62,971 nucleotides of DNA from Octopus bimaculoides (Eukaryota): NCBI RefSeq assembly GCF_001194135.2, contig NC_068988.1:52359931-52422901 (forward strand), given 5' to 3'. The translations under genes and the position numbers were made by a program. The notes below the pieces were generated by a model. It was not told the origin of the DNA. It searched no databases and saw only the letters and a list, made by a program, of their open reading frames with translations. Below are positions 52,188 to 62,838 of the stretch, piece after piece (position 1 is the stretch's first letter; each line of letters starts with the position of its first letter).

Positions 52188-55100
52188 GTAGACATTCACA
52201 TGTCCTCATATATACTCCAATGAAGCTCCATACTAAGCAACTCACTACAGGTTTTAAATAAATAGCTACATACAAATATAAAAACACGTGTGTCCACACA
52301 CACACACACACACATTGGATGAGTGCCTATGTTTACCTTTATATGTATGCGTTTGTGTGAACTGTCTCCATCTTTACAGTACAATACACATATGCACGCG
52401 TACATGTTTTCATGTGTGCATACATTTGCGTGTGTATGTGTGTGTGGACCCCCTAATCTTTTCTTTTTGAGGAAGAAGACCTGAAAAAACAATGGCATTA
52501 CTCCCCAAATTAAATAAAATGCTTTTGTGCTCTCCTTTCTACCACCAGTCTACAATGTAGTAATATGTACAGTTTGTATGCCCTATTCTATTTAGTTTAC
52601 TATCTCTAATTAGTAGACGTTATATTTAGCTAGCTAGTTACTTAGCTAACTAGTAACTGTTAGCAGTTGTAATATTAACAGTACATAGGACGGCAATGTA
52701 TTTCGACAAAGTTTAACATTGCATGAGTTTACTCTAACAGTGTTAATTAAAACAAATCCGTAAATTATCTGAATCAGCAATTATAATTTGCAGATGATCT
52801 TATAATTAATTAACAATAACTAATATTATGATTTGTAACTCTAGCACAAAGTCATACATTTTGGAGAGTGAACAGCCAATTAAATCGGTCCTTACTACTT
52901 TGCTGGCACTTATCTTAGCAACCCCACAAGAATGAAAGCTAAATGAGCCTGGCAGGATTTGAAATGAGAGTATAGATGCCACTAAATATCTCAAGATATT
53001 TAGAAGAATATACTACAGATTCTGTTAATTCTTGTCATTATAAGGTTTCTGATAGAGGCACAAAGTTTGAAATTTGGGTGAGGAGCTAAGTCAATGGACT
53101 TGTTTCAGTCAATGGACTGCGGCCACACTGGAGCACCACCTTGAGGAATTTTAGCTGAAATAATGGACCCCATTTCTTATTTCCTTGTACTTGCTCTATT
53201 GGTCACTTTTGCTTAACCATTAAGTTGCGGGGACATAAACACACCAATGCACAAATACATACCTGTAAAATACACCATTTTGAGCGTGACCGTTGCCAGT
53301 ACCGCCTGACTGGCCTTCGTAGGATTTTCGAGCGAGATCGTAGCCAGTGCCCCTGGACTGGCTCTTGTGCGGGTGGCACATAAAATACACCATTTTGAGT
53401 GTGGCCGTTGCCAGTACTGCCTGACTGGCCCTCGTGCGGGTGACACGTAAAAGCACCCACTACACTCTCTGAGTGGTTGGCATTAGGAAGGGCATCCAGC
53501 TGTAGAAACTCTGCCAAATCAGATTGGAGCCTGGTGTTGCCATCCGGTTTCACCAGTCCTCAGTCAAATCGTCCAACCCATGCTAGCATGGAAAGCGGAC
53601 GTTAAACGATGATGATGATTATGATATATATATATATATACAACAGTCTTCTTTCAGTTTCCTTCTACCAAATCCACCCACAAAGCTTTGGTTGACCCAA
53701 AGCTATAGTAGAAGGCACTTGTCCAAGGTGACACATAGTGGGGATACCATATGCTTAGGAAGCAAACTTCTTACCACATAGCCATACCTACACCTCACCA
53801 TTTCCAGTCTATGACTGGGTATTTTATTTTATTAAACCTGAAGAGATGGAAGGCAATGTTGATTTTGGCATGATTTGAACCCAGAATGTTGAGAGCTGGA
53901 AGAAAAAGCACATGATATTTTTCTAACACTCTAACGAGTTTACCAGCTTGACCTTATAATAATTTCTTTTTATTTTTGACAAGGGTAATGGATCAATTGA
54001 ATATTGTAGGTGTGTTATCAAAATGATAGGGTCTTGCACAGAACTGACTGAAAAAATAGGAATGGAAAACAAAAGTACACAACATGGGATGTCCCAATAA
54101 GGGTATATGTTGTGCTTTTTGTGTACTTTTGTCGAAGAATCTTATGCCAAAGAACTCCACAGAATGACCCTTACTACCTAGGGCAAATGTTCTCTCCTAA
54201 CTGTTCTCTGGTTTAATGATGTGCACTAAATGCAGTCCCGTTCATTTAGGCCATTCTTACCTCTCACATGCACCTTCCAATAAATTTAATGAAGGGCAAC
54301 ATCTTGTCCAAGTGGAACTTTAAGAGCTTGATGAGGACTAGGCCAAAGAAGATAATGTCTCTTCAGAACTTTCAATCTTGTTTTCCATGTGGTCACTTTT
54401 GCTTGCTGTTCCCAGCCAATAGTGGGTAGCAAGGTTGCATTCACAGCAGATTTAGCTGATAACTCGATCTGTCCTACATGTGACAACAGTTGTTTCATAA
54501 TAAAATACTAATAATGGTAGTAGTAGCAGTAATGATGGGCTCTCCTGTCAAAGACAACGCATCAGTGTTCAGTTTTCTTGCCAAATGACCTTCACAAATG
54601 ATTTGTTTATAGTGATCAATGTGTGTCCTGTACATTAGCTCACTCCCTCCATCAAATTGACGTTACCTTAGCAGGTGCATGGTGTACTACATGTCAGGTG
54701 TTGAAGTGATTGCTAAGCCATGCGAGATGAAGTGTTTTGCTCAAGAACTCAATGCACCAGCTGGTCTGGGAATTGAAACCATGATCTCACAATTGTGAAT
54801 GCAACACCTTAACCACTAGGCCATGCACCCTTGCTGTAACAATAATAATAATAATAATATAAATATAAGGGTCTACAAATGGAGATGGAATGTATAGTTA
54901 ATACAGTTCTCTGTTCTTTTGCTTATGCAACAATCTTTGAAAAATAAGAGGTAAAGTAGCCTCAGATAAAATTTGAACTCAAAACATAAAAGGACGTAAC
55001 TAAATATCATGATTTGTTTTGTCTGTAACTCAACGAATATGGTTTTACTTGTTAGCAGTACATTAGTGTTTGCCATTCCACACCATCATGATTTGATTGG

Positions 55101-56329
55101 TTCTGTATGACGACATATTCTCACATGATATTATCTAGTATCCCTACTTCCTGTACTCGTAATTTTTAAACATGTGCCCCCAGACTGGCTCTTGTGCGGG
55201 TGGCACATAAAATACACCATTTTGAGTGTGGCCGTTACCAGTACCGCCTGACTGACCCACTACACTCTCTGAGTGGTTGGCGTTAGGAAGGGCATCCAGC
55301 TGTAGAAATTCTGCCAAATCAGATTGGAGCCTGGTGTAGCCATCTGGTTTCACCAGTCCTCAGTCAAATCGTCCAACCCATGCTAGCATGGAAAGCGGAC
55401 ATTAAACGAACGATGATTGTCTATCTGCTTTGTTTCTCTCAAGCAACTCCTGCAATTTTCTATAAATGCAACCGATTTTTCATCAGCCCATGTTGGGTTA
55501 ATGGTCAAGATACTTCATGCTCAACAATCAGTGCTGTGATCTTGTGACTGACCTTGACTTTTGCAGGCCCTCTCAGACTGGTGAGATTGATGTGACCAAT
55601 ACCCAGCCTGATCAACTGCAAGAAAAATTGTGATGAGAAAGGAATTGGTGAGGCAGGTGTAACCTGAGCACTTGCTCTGGAGTAAACCCCACTAAAGGAA
55701 ATTCTTAACTTGGTAGTGTAGCAGATGGGCATTATAGAAATAAATCAATGATGTTTTTGGAATTGATTCTGGTTGATAATACAATAAGAATCATGGAGAT
55801 ATTTTGTAATTAGATATAGACTTATTCATGTTGACTTAGAAAATTGTTGATAATGATTGTAACCAACTAGGGAGCCTCTATGTGATTATTCAACCTGTGA
55901 GAAATAGTGACCAAATCGCATTCAAATTGCACCCCTACTGCCATTCACTAGATGGCAGTAACTCCAAAAACTAATTGACTTGGTTTGTAACATCCTGTTT
56001 AGTTCATGCCAGCGTGGAAAATCACATGTAAAATTATCATTATTGTAAAATTATTATCATTGTTGTTGTTCATTCCACCCTTTTTATTGTTACATTATAG
56101 AATGTAAGTGAAGTAAAAAGAGAAAAAGACCTAAATATGAGGATAGTAACTTATGGAATGTTTAAGAGCTATAACTTCATTGATATTTTTAGACTGACTT
56201 TCATGAGTGTGTATGTGAAAACTGATATTGTTTTTTATCTTTTAACTTTACAGGTGTCACTGTCCTGAGCCTTATTGACAAACTTCATGACAGAAAGGAA
56301 TCTTTTAGCCTGAAGGTCCTTAACATAAG
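9306..56329 (+). CDS. LRRC41: Multi-exon gene: LRRC41/MUF1-like BC-box leucine-rich-repeat protein (probable cullin-RING substrate receptor), 3'-incomplete
   Basis: Ten exons join in frame through GT-AG sites. Segments PQTLHVKCAIVL, IPPRLWKEI, KKGVNVDECWQAHYNRRW, LAPYVTSLTLN, IIETFLKHGKLQEFSL, LMKICAG and WPALQKLYLNVSG parallel, in order, the vertebrate LRRC41 segments as I recall them (PPALFELCGRAV, LPGPILQSI, KKGLSTQAIWRRLW, SRHVRQLTICN, LLHQLIHHGAVSQVSL, ILTMSAG, WVSLESLTLSYNG). No database search was run. Confidence 0.72.
10149..10261 (+). CDS. LRRC41: Exon B: SGLLKEERPSNNPQTLHVKCAIVLGKEIANFSQKTLDE(D), containing the BC-box
   Basis: 113 nt, phase 2 to phase 1, TTTTAG acceptor and GAAG|GTATAT donor. 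TLxxxCxxxL lies at 10189-10218. Confidence 0.8.
10837..11425 (-). mobile_element. Three head-to-tail family B SINEs separated by (AAT)n tails
   Basis: On the + strand each unit begins (AAT)n-CCTTTCTA..GGCACAAGGC: about 10837-11035, 11041-11277 and 11278-11425 (truncated). Confidence 0.85.
11859..12246. mobile_element. Foldback / long-TIR MITE-like element
   Basis: 11859-11937 versus the reverse complement of 12168-12246 gives 70/79 identity. Gapped similarity continues inward to a 30-nt loop (12026-12055). Confidence 0.7.
12909..13140. mobile_element. Tc1/mariner MITE
   Basis: TIR CAG(A/G)G(G/T)GGCCCAAAAGTAGGTTTA with 22/24 match, flanked by TA (12907-8 and 13141-2). Confidence 0.85.
13502..13591 (+). 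CDS. LRRC41: Exon C: DIPPRLWKEISAYMCPWTLIKLGEEFLLKK(G), containing the cullin box
   Basis: 90 nt, phase 1-1, strong polypyrimidine tract TTTTCTTTTTCTTCCAG, donor AAG|GTAAAA. Confidence 0.85.
15160..15342 (+). CDS. LRRC41: Exon D: GVNVDECWQAHYNRRWPWKYSRSALDLLDRHNLTHKQLYIDRHFMKFLEEYCRMKHLCLER (Elongin-A-like helical region)
   Basis: 183 nt, phase 1-1, TTGTTTCAG acceptor, AGAG|GTAAGT donor. Lies inside track ORF 14979-15503. Confidence 0.9.
15470..15689. mobile_element. piggyBac-like MITE
   Basis: TTAA|CCCTTTAG...GAAGGG|TTAA. Related copies near 33140-33365, 34850-34910, 57383-57620, 58760-58985 and 61560-61745. Confidence 0.8.
17040..17760 (+). mobile_element. Highly decayed retroelement, possibly Penelope-like
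   Basis: FVDDIFCLV (17077-17103) resembles the PLE RT catalytic motif, and CTGATGA...TCCCAAA at 17645 resembles a broken hammerhead core. The frames are disrupted. Confidence 0.35.
18258..20390 (+). CDS. LRRC41: Exon E (2133 nt): degenerate LRRs, a ~545-aa Ser/Asn/Asp-rich insert, and the start of the C-terminal LRR block
   Basis: 711 codons within the 770-aa ORF 18119-20431. Acceptor TTTCTGTTTCAG, donor TCTG|GTAAGT, phase 1-1. Confidence 0.9.
20436..20822. repeat. Dispersed repeat (retroelement-derived) immediately after exon E; contains a 10-N gap
   Basis: GC-richer block (GGTGATCTCATATCAAGATAAACAG...CAGCCACTAAGGGACAT) that I recognise as a common octopus repeat. Class not established. 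Confidence 0.45.
22613..23164. mobile_element. hAT-superfamily MITE (552 bp)
   Basis: TIR CAGTGGTTCTCAAAC / GTTTGAGAATCATTG (13/15) with a perfect 8-bp TSD GCTTATAT (22605-12 and 23165-72). Confidence 0.9.
23754..23892 (+). CDS. LRRC41: Exon F: GLNNPELLDIISDLVNKKQLKDLSIIGCETEDGVFRRLLNCLLKSY(R), LRR
   Basis: 139 nt, phase 1 to phase 2, TTTTTTTAG acceptor, CAG|GTATTT donor. Contains LKDLSI. Confidence 0.88.
25203..25294 (+). CDS. LRRC41: Exon G: RDDGKKEGLNLLNIQSLADPSITCSAILPQA(E)
   Basis: 92 nt, phase 2 to phase 1, CCTTCAG acceptor, CTG|GTGAGT donor. It bridges the phases of exons F and H. Confidence 0.85.
27761..27928 (+). CDS. LRRC41: Exon H: EPLYGVKTLILRDNTFDVFGVTGLLRIITYDNALVKLNLKCCFLHAWMGQLLAAIA(S), two RI-type LRRs
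   Basis: 168 nt, phase 1-1, TTTTTCTTGCAG acceptor, CAT|GTAAGT donor, 28-residue LRR spacing. Confidence 0.9.
32269..32412 (+). CDS. LRRC41: Exon I: SKGQMEELYLGSNQIEGTHPELELINVIDSCKNLRKLDLRSCSLRSQV(G), two RI-type LRRs
   Basis: 144 nt, phase 1-1, T-rich GCAG acceptor, TTG|GTAAGG donor, LxxLxLxxN/CxL motifs. Confidence 0.9.
32656..33060 (+). mobile_element. Family A SINE, near-consensus copy
   Basis: Complete head, CORE-like region, (TA)n(TG)n linker and tail AAGTAAAAGAGTAAAAAGAG. Older copies at about 5935-6300, 29636-30050, 47046-47428 (-) and 59540-59695. Confidence 0.85.
34118..34785 (+). repeat. Array of about 21 imperfect 22-24-nt units running into an RTE-type tail
   Basis: Units GTGACATGTAAAAGCACC.. 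and GTGCCACATAAAAGTACC.., followed by CCCAGCACACTCC...CCAACTCGTGCCAGCATGGA..ACGGATGTT. Confidence 0.9.
35702..36560 (+). mobile_element. Four tandem family B SINEs
   Basis: Units at about 35702-35940, 35941-36165, 36166-36338 (5'-truncated) and 36339-36560, each ending in (ATT)n. Confidence 0.85.
37930..38352 (-). mobile_element. Two adjacent family B SINEs with different 3' tails
   Basis: Shared core GACCCCGAAAGGATGAAAGGCAAAG. One tail is GGCACAAGTCCTGAAATTT, the other CTTATTTCTTTATTGCCCACAAGGGGC. Confidence 0.75.
39471..39959. other. Assembly gap. Other gaps: 5667-76, 7465-74, 12744-827, 20718-27, 51567-52140, 58592-691, 59785-60265
   Basis: Runs of N. Confidence 1.
43285..43597. repeat. 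Perfect inverted repeat: 152-bp arms with a 9-nt spacer
   Basis: 43285-43436 is the exact reverse complement of 43446-43597, checked base by base. Track ORFs 43267(+) and 43442(-) share the same peptide. Confidence 0.97.
48397..48782 (-). mobile_element. Young tRNA-derived SINE with a (CAA)n tail and a 14-bp TSD
   Basis: Minus strand has A box TGGCCCAGTGG and B box GTTTCGATTCC. TSD TCCAGGGTTTATAT lies at 48383-96 and 48783-96. An older relative is at 57890-58200. Confidence 0.9.
50064..50700. mobile_element. TIR non-autonomous DNA transposon (Merlin-like GG..CC termini) inserted in a family B SINE
   Basis: 28-bp TIRs GGATCTAGTTCAAAACGGGGGCACCAGT / ACTGGTGCCCCCGATTTGAACAAGATCC (26/28) and an 8-bp TSD GGTCCCTG (50056-63 and 50701-08). 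The SINE resumes after it. The superfamily call is an inference. Confidence 0.85.
53270..53625 (+). mobile_element. RTE-type 3'-end repeat with a (GAT)n tail, young copy
   Basis: Highly similar to 3895-4240 and 55180-55410 (+), and to 30380-30538 and 45630-45905 (-). Confidence 0.8.
54150..54500 (-). mobile_element. Decayed LINE endonuclease-region fragment (RTE/BovB-like)
   Basis: WEQQAKVTTWK..RHYL resembles the FQQxxKxKTTWxHPRSKHWHxxDY segment of RTE endonucleases as I recall it. Confidence 0.4.
56254..56329 (+). CDS. LRRC41: Exon J: GVTVLSLIDKLHDRKESFSLKVLNI(S/R), LRR
   Basis: 76 nt, phase 1 to phase 2, TTTTAACTTTACAG acceptor, AAG|GTATTT donor. LKVLNI continues the LRR register. Confidence 0.75.
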
Positions 56330-57252
56330 GTATTTTCTTTATTACTTTCTGACATTATATAGACTTTATTTGCTTTTGTTCATTTTTTTTTTAAACAATC
56401 CTCTGTTTAACTTTTGATATCTCGGTATCCAAATTTGATCTCATTTCAATTATTGCAATCCAAAGAATGGAAAGTCTGAAGCAATCATAACAATATTTGT
56501 CAGTGTGGGCAACACATCTGTGAAATTATTGTTGTGTTTAGGATCTGGGAAGTGGCATTATGGAATTGTCTGGAATCTTAGATTTCCTAAGTAGAAGCGA
56601 TCCCGGTATTGGAGTGATGTCATAGTACAAGTGACATTTATTTTAAGAGTTGTGTATGGAATACTTATATCCTGAGTACAAGTGATACTAGCATTTGGAA
56701 GGTGTTTGGCTTGTTGATCTATTACAAGTAAAAAGTCACACTAAGGATTAGTGGGTGGAGTGGTCTTGGTACATCACAGCCTTGTTTTTTATCAATGAAA
56801 CTAATGAGGTATTTGCATCTTCAATGTTCTATTATTCTAAGGACAAATGTCACCAACACAGTAACACTCTTCTGTGCAATTGCATTGTTCTGAATACAAA
56901 ACCTTCAACATGCCATAGACTCTAATATAAGGATTACAGGCAAGTTCACCAGCATCAGTTTACTGTGAAGAAAGCTCACTGCGAGGAAGATTCACCGTGA
57001 GGAAAGTTCACCGTGGGGAAAAATTACCAAGAAATTATATCTATATCTCACCATTATCTCAACTATTTTACTGAAAAAAAAAAAAAAACTGAATTGATGA
57101 CAGTGAACTTACTAGACATGAATATAAGGGTTAACGTTACGTTTAGCCCCTGGACAACTGATTGAGCATATCTAGGATGAAAGCTGCTCTCACTGTGACT
57201 ATTTTAACTTTGGGTTACTGTGATTACTGTATCTGATATGTCCTGTCTTTAA

Positions 57253-57715
57253 CCCTTTTCATACTAACCCACCTGAGACTGTCCCAGGTTCTGTGACTAA
57301 AAAAAACTTATTTTATAGTAATCTAAATTAAAAACCTTACATTAAAATGTTGTGTTAATTTATGTTAGAAACACCAGCTTAACCCTTTAATATTCAAAAT
57401 GACCATATTTGGTTGAAATATTCTACCTGTTTTAAGTTGAAACCAGCCAGATCAAGCCTCTCACACTTACCCTACAATGTCATTTGGAATGTAAGCTACT
57501 ACATCATCAATATCCCAAAGCTATGAGATAATACATGATTATACTTCAAGCCAATGTGAATGAGAAACTATTACATTTGACTGAGTAATCTGAATGCTTA
57601 ATAGTTGCAATAATGAATGCTTAATAATTGCAAAATTATTTTACTAAATTCTTCTCCTTCAAAATTAATTGAAACAAAGGCAGTGAATTTCAACAAGAAT
57701 GTGGTAATGAAAGGG
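57253..57715. mobile_element. piggyBac-like MITE with a second piggyBac-like MITE (57383-57620) nested at a TTAA
   Basis: The outer element is TTAA|CCCTTTTCAT...ATGAAAGGG|TTAA. The inner one starts TTAA|CCCTTTAATATTC, and outer sequence resumes after TTAA at 57621-24. Confidence 0.7.
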
Positions 57716-58549
57716 TTAAGATGGTAGGGTATTACTTGAGCTATTTCTCATAAGTGAAGTGACCACATAAAGGCTCCCTCATTGGCTCCTGTCAGTTGTT
57801 GTGTTGTAACATACTCATAAAAGGTCAAGCAAGCAAACAGATTTTTTTCGTTTTCAACCCTTCAAATAGTCAGGTTTAAAAATGGAGTTCATTGCACGTG
57901 GCTTAGTGGTAAGGGTATTCAGCTTATGGTCGTGAGTTCTATTCCTAGCAGCGTGTTGTGTTCTTTAGCAAGACACTTTATTTGATGTTGCTCCAATCCA
58001 CTCAACTGGTAAAGAGGAGTCATACCTGTAATTCAAAAGGCCAGCCTTGTCATATTGTCTCACACTAATTCTCTTTAAGAACTACGTTAAGTGTACCTGT
58101 ATCTGTGGAGTGCTCTTCCACTTACTTGTTAATTTCAGGAGCAGGCTGTTCCATTGATCAGATCAGTTGGAACCTTCATTGTCATTACTGACGGCATGCC
58201 AATGATAGTAACATTTCAGAACTCTACTTGCCAGAATAATTGGTGGAGAGGGTGTTAGCACTTGTTCCTCCAGTAAAACTAAGGGGAAATGTTTCCATTT
58301 TTTTTTTGTTCTGGTTTTTCAAATTCATCATCATTTTTATTTTGATGCCCACTTTTCCATGCTTGCATGGGTTAGAGGGAATTGTGCTAAGGTGAATTTT
58401 CTTGTCACTTACACTCACCTATTGCCAATGAAGGAAGGTAAATATCCCCCTATGATCAGATATGTTTTCACAGAAGATTGAGCACAATGGACACAGCCTG
58501 CATGTTAGTGATATTTGTTTTCAACTATCACGCGATAGCAAAGCAAAGA

Positions 58550-58591
<42 letters not shown>

Positions 58592-59693
58592 NNNNNNNNN
58601 NNNNNNNNNNNNNNNNNNNNNNNNNNNNNNNNNNNNNNNNNNNNNNNNNNNNNNNNNNNNNNNNNNNNNNNNNNNNNNNNNNNNNNNNNNNTGCTACTGT
58701 TGTGGGTTGTATGACAATCAACAACACTGTCACCGCAAACTCACACAAGTGTGACCTAACCCTTTACCATTCAGATTTCTTCATTAAATGTATTGCTTTT
58801 TTTTTATTCACATTACTTTGAATTAATCACACATTATTTTGTAGCTTCAAAATTTCAATGGTGCATTTGTATATCTTTAGAATGACATTGTAGGGTAGGT
58901 GTGAGAGGCTGGATCTGGTCAGTTTTAGCATAAAACAGGTAGAATATAAGGGCCAGATACAGCTGGATTGAATACTAAAGGGTTAACAGCTCAGTCCAGT
59001 CATCAGATCCAAACTTCTGGCAGATATTCATCAGGATATTACCATTTCAACAGTCAATGATTAATCTCCAGTAATACAGTCCTGGTCTGAGTAACCTTTA
59101 TAGATGATACAACCTCCTTGATAATAGGGTAATCAGCTCATCCCCACAAGTAGGAGCAAGAATCAATGGGAACACTTGGAAAGTAGGAGTGCCATTAGGA
59201 ATGTAGGAACATCCTATCAATAAATGACAGTGTTTATGACTTTAAAAGACAATAGCATAAGCATGATGTAGATATGAGTACTTTTCCAGTAGAAGGGTTT
59301 TGGCAAGTGCCTTTTGCCATAATCCCAAGATGGCCAATTCTTTGTGAGTGAATTTGATAGATGTCTTCTCAGTTTCTTTATGCTTTGGAAGACGTGTGAA
59401 ATAGAATAAAATCTTTCTTGAAAAGCAGTTAAAGGGTTAGTGACATGAAACTGCATCTTCAAGGATATGTTTTTTGTTTAACCCATGCCAACATGGAAAA
59501 ACATATGTAAAACGAATGTGTGTGTGTACATATATGTGTATAGGTGCAAGCGTGGCTGAGTGGTAAGAAGCTTGCTTCCAGCCACATGATTCCAGGTTCA
59601 GTCCCACTGTGTGACACACCTGTGTATTCTATAGCCTCAGGCTGACCAAAGCCTTAGGAGTGGATTTGGTAGATGGAAACTGAAAGAAGCTTG

Positions 59694-59731
<38 letters not shown>

Positions 59732-59744
59732 ACATGCACATACT

Positions 59745-59784
<40 letters not shown>

Positions 59785-60959
59785 NNNNNNNNNNNNNNNN
59801 NNNNNNNNNNNNNNNNNNNNNNNNNNNNNNNNNNNNNNNNNNNNNNNNNNNNNNNNNNNNNNNNNNNNNNNNNNNNNNNNNNNNNNNNNNNNNNNNNNNN
59901 NNNNNNNNNNNNNNNNNNNNNNNNNNNNNNNNNNNNNNNNNNNNNNNNNNNNNNNNNNNNNNNNNNNNNNNNNNNNNNNNNNNNNNNNNNNNNNNNNNNN
60001 NNNNNNNNNNNNNNNNNNNNNNNNNNNNNNNNNNNNNNNNNNNNNNNNNNNNNNNNNNNNNNNNNNNNNNNNNNNNNNNNNNNNNNNNNNNNNNNNNNNN
60101 NNNNNNNNNNNNNNNNNNNNNNNNNNNNNNNNNNNNNNNNNNNNNNNNNNNNNNNNNNNNNNNNNNNNNNNNNNNNNNNNNNNNNNNNNNNNNNNNNNNN
60201 NNNNNNNNNNNNNNNNNNNNNNNNNNNNNNNNNNNNNNNNNNNNNNNNNNNNNNNNNNNNNNNNNTATATATATACAAGACGGATATATCACACACACAA
60301 ACCACTATTTTTATAAAGTTCACTACTTCCACCCCTTCATTGATTTTCATTACCTCCTACTTTCCCCCATCCTCTCACCCTCTGCTTCCTTACCTTTTCC
60401 CCCAGGTGTTTTAATTGTTTGTTTTTCCCTATATTGTTTTTCATCTTTTGTGCTTTAACTTTCTAAATACACTGCTTTACAAGTAAATTACCTTTTGTTC
60501 TTTATTTTCTTTTATTTTCTTTTTTTCTTATTTATTGTTTTTTTTTGTTTTTTTGTTTTCCAATGCCAAATGGATTTTTAATTTATTTGCTGCTTTTTAT
60601 ACTTGTCTCACATGTTCATCTGCAGGACCTTCACTGAATTTTTTTTTTTTTTTCTTTTCACTTTAGACATATTTCTTTTTCTCACTCCTACTTGCTGTTT
60701 GTACTCTCCCTGACACCTCTTTCTCTTGCTCTCTCTTTCTCTCCCTCTCTCTCTCTCCCTCCCCCGTTCTCGTTTTCTTTTTAGTTTTCTTTTTTCCCAT
60801 AATTATTAAGGGAAGCTTAACGAAGAATGTTCTGGTGAAAATAGTAGTAATTAGTATAAAGTTTATGTACGTGTTGGAGTCAAGAAGATATTGACTGACT
60901 GGCTGGTTGGTTCACTGTAATGTGCACACATGCAGACTGATACATGCATACACACAAGT

Positions 60960-61380
60960 GTGCATGGACATACATTTACATTAAGGTGTGCAGACTCGTA
61001 CGCTAAGGTGCACAGACATGTTTGCTAAGATGTAGATACGTATGCTAAGGTGCACACACATACTATGGTGCTTATACATGTACATTATGGTGCACAGATA
61101 CAGACAATAAGGTGCATAGATGCATGTTCTAGGGTGCATAGATGCATATTCTAAGGTGCATACACATGCAAAGGTGCTCAGTCATGTGTACTAAGGCCCA
61201 CAGGTACAGACAGTAAGGTGCACAATATGTGCTGAACTGCAGACATATGCTAAGGTGCACAGGCACATGCATTGAAATTCATAGGCAGACATATGCTGAG
61301 GTGCACTGACATGCAGTGTAGTGCACAATCATTGATTCATAGACACATGCACTGAAGTGCATAGACTTATGCACTGAAAT
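60960..61380. repeat. Degenerate ~20-nt minisatellite (TAAGGTGCACAGACATG..)
   Basis: Recurrent AAGGTGCA(C/T)AG motif. Confidence 0.8.
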
Positions 61381-61829
61381 ACATAGTAAATGGATCACTA
61401 TCAGTTTCGACTATGAGTATTCAGTTATTTAATTGACTGTACCTGCTCAATGAATTGGATTATGTGGCTGAGTATTTTATAGACATGTGTATTCTTCATG
61501 TAATTCTCGGGTAGAATCAGGGTGTTGCTGTATGTGAGAATTCTAGACATTTGGATTATTCTATCAAATGTAATGCTTATTTATTCACTTTGTTTTGACT
61601 TTATCCTGCATTATCTTGATTTCGATTATGTAACTTTACATTTTTTTAGACTAACATTGTAGGTTAGGTGTAAGAGGCTGAATCCAGCCAGTTTGAACAT
61701 AAAGCAGGAAGAATATTTTGGCCGGATATGGCTGGTTTAAAATCCGAGGTATGATAAAAGGTACCTTCCCAAAGTGCTATGCCATGGGATTGAAACCTGT
61801 ATCTTGTGATTGTTAAGCAACCTTCTTAA

Positions 61830-62490
61830 TCATTTGGCAGTCATGTATCTACCACATGCTTGCAGTGTTGCATAAACAAATACAAGTGTGCACTCAGATT
61901 TGCATACAGACATGCACATGCCATTGTTTTCATGCATGCAGGGACATGCAGACCTGCAGGGATGTGCACACATAGACATGCTCACACGTGCAGACATGCA
62001 TACATACAGTGGCGCACATACATACAGGTACATCCATTCATACAGGTACACACAAATGCAAGGACACGATGACACTGACGAGAACACACACATGTACACA
62101 AACAAGCATGCACACACACACACAATTGCATACTGACAAGGAAACACACACAGATGTATACATACATGGTCTCTCATTCATACACACATACACACAGGTA
62201 CATGCACACATACATAGAGAGACATGCACTCACACACATATATATATACAGGTTACAAACATATATGTACTTACAGAGACACGCACACATAGGTACATAC
62301 AGGGACACGCATGCATATACATATATATAGGGACGCACACTTGCGTAGCGGGTCACACACACATGCGTACAGGGACACATACACACGCATATAAATATAT
62401 GAATACAAACATATATAGACGTCTGTACACACTCTGTCACACCTACACACACACACGTGCATTTACTCATGCACACACACACATATAGAG
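61830..62490. repeat. CA-rich low-complexity / decayed microsatellite tract
   Basis: Alternating purine-pyrimidine composition; it produces His/Thr and Cys/Val pseudo-ORFs. Confidence 0.85.
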
Positions 62491-62776
62491 CTACACACAG
62501 GTAATCAAGTACATCCGGCAGACAATGTGCTTACCCACCTAGACTTGTTACAAGATGGAGTGAAGCTACAATTACTGGTCACAGTGTTCTTTTGTATGTA
62601 GTTTACAACATGGGAGATGAGATAATTGTCTAAGATCAGGCGTGGGAGGTAGAAGGCTAAAGGTCATGGCTGCTGCTTATTTACTAATGGTTTACTTGTA
62701 TACTTCATGGCGTCGCATGGAATTTCATGTTTCCATTTTCTCAACCTCCTAATAGCAACACTTCCTATCTTTGCTC

Positions 62777-62838
<62 letters not shown>

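Noticed and set aside
51293-52311. ORFs of 200-300 aa
   Set aside because: Mostly X from assembly gaps. The same applies to 39382-39972, 58462-58821 and 59673-60458.
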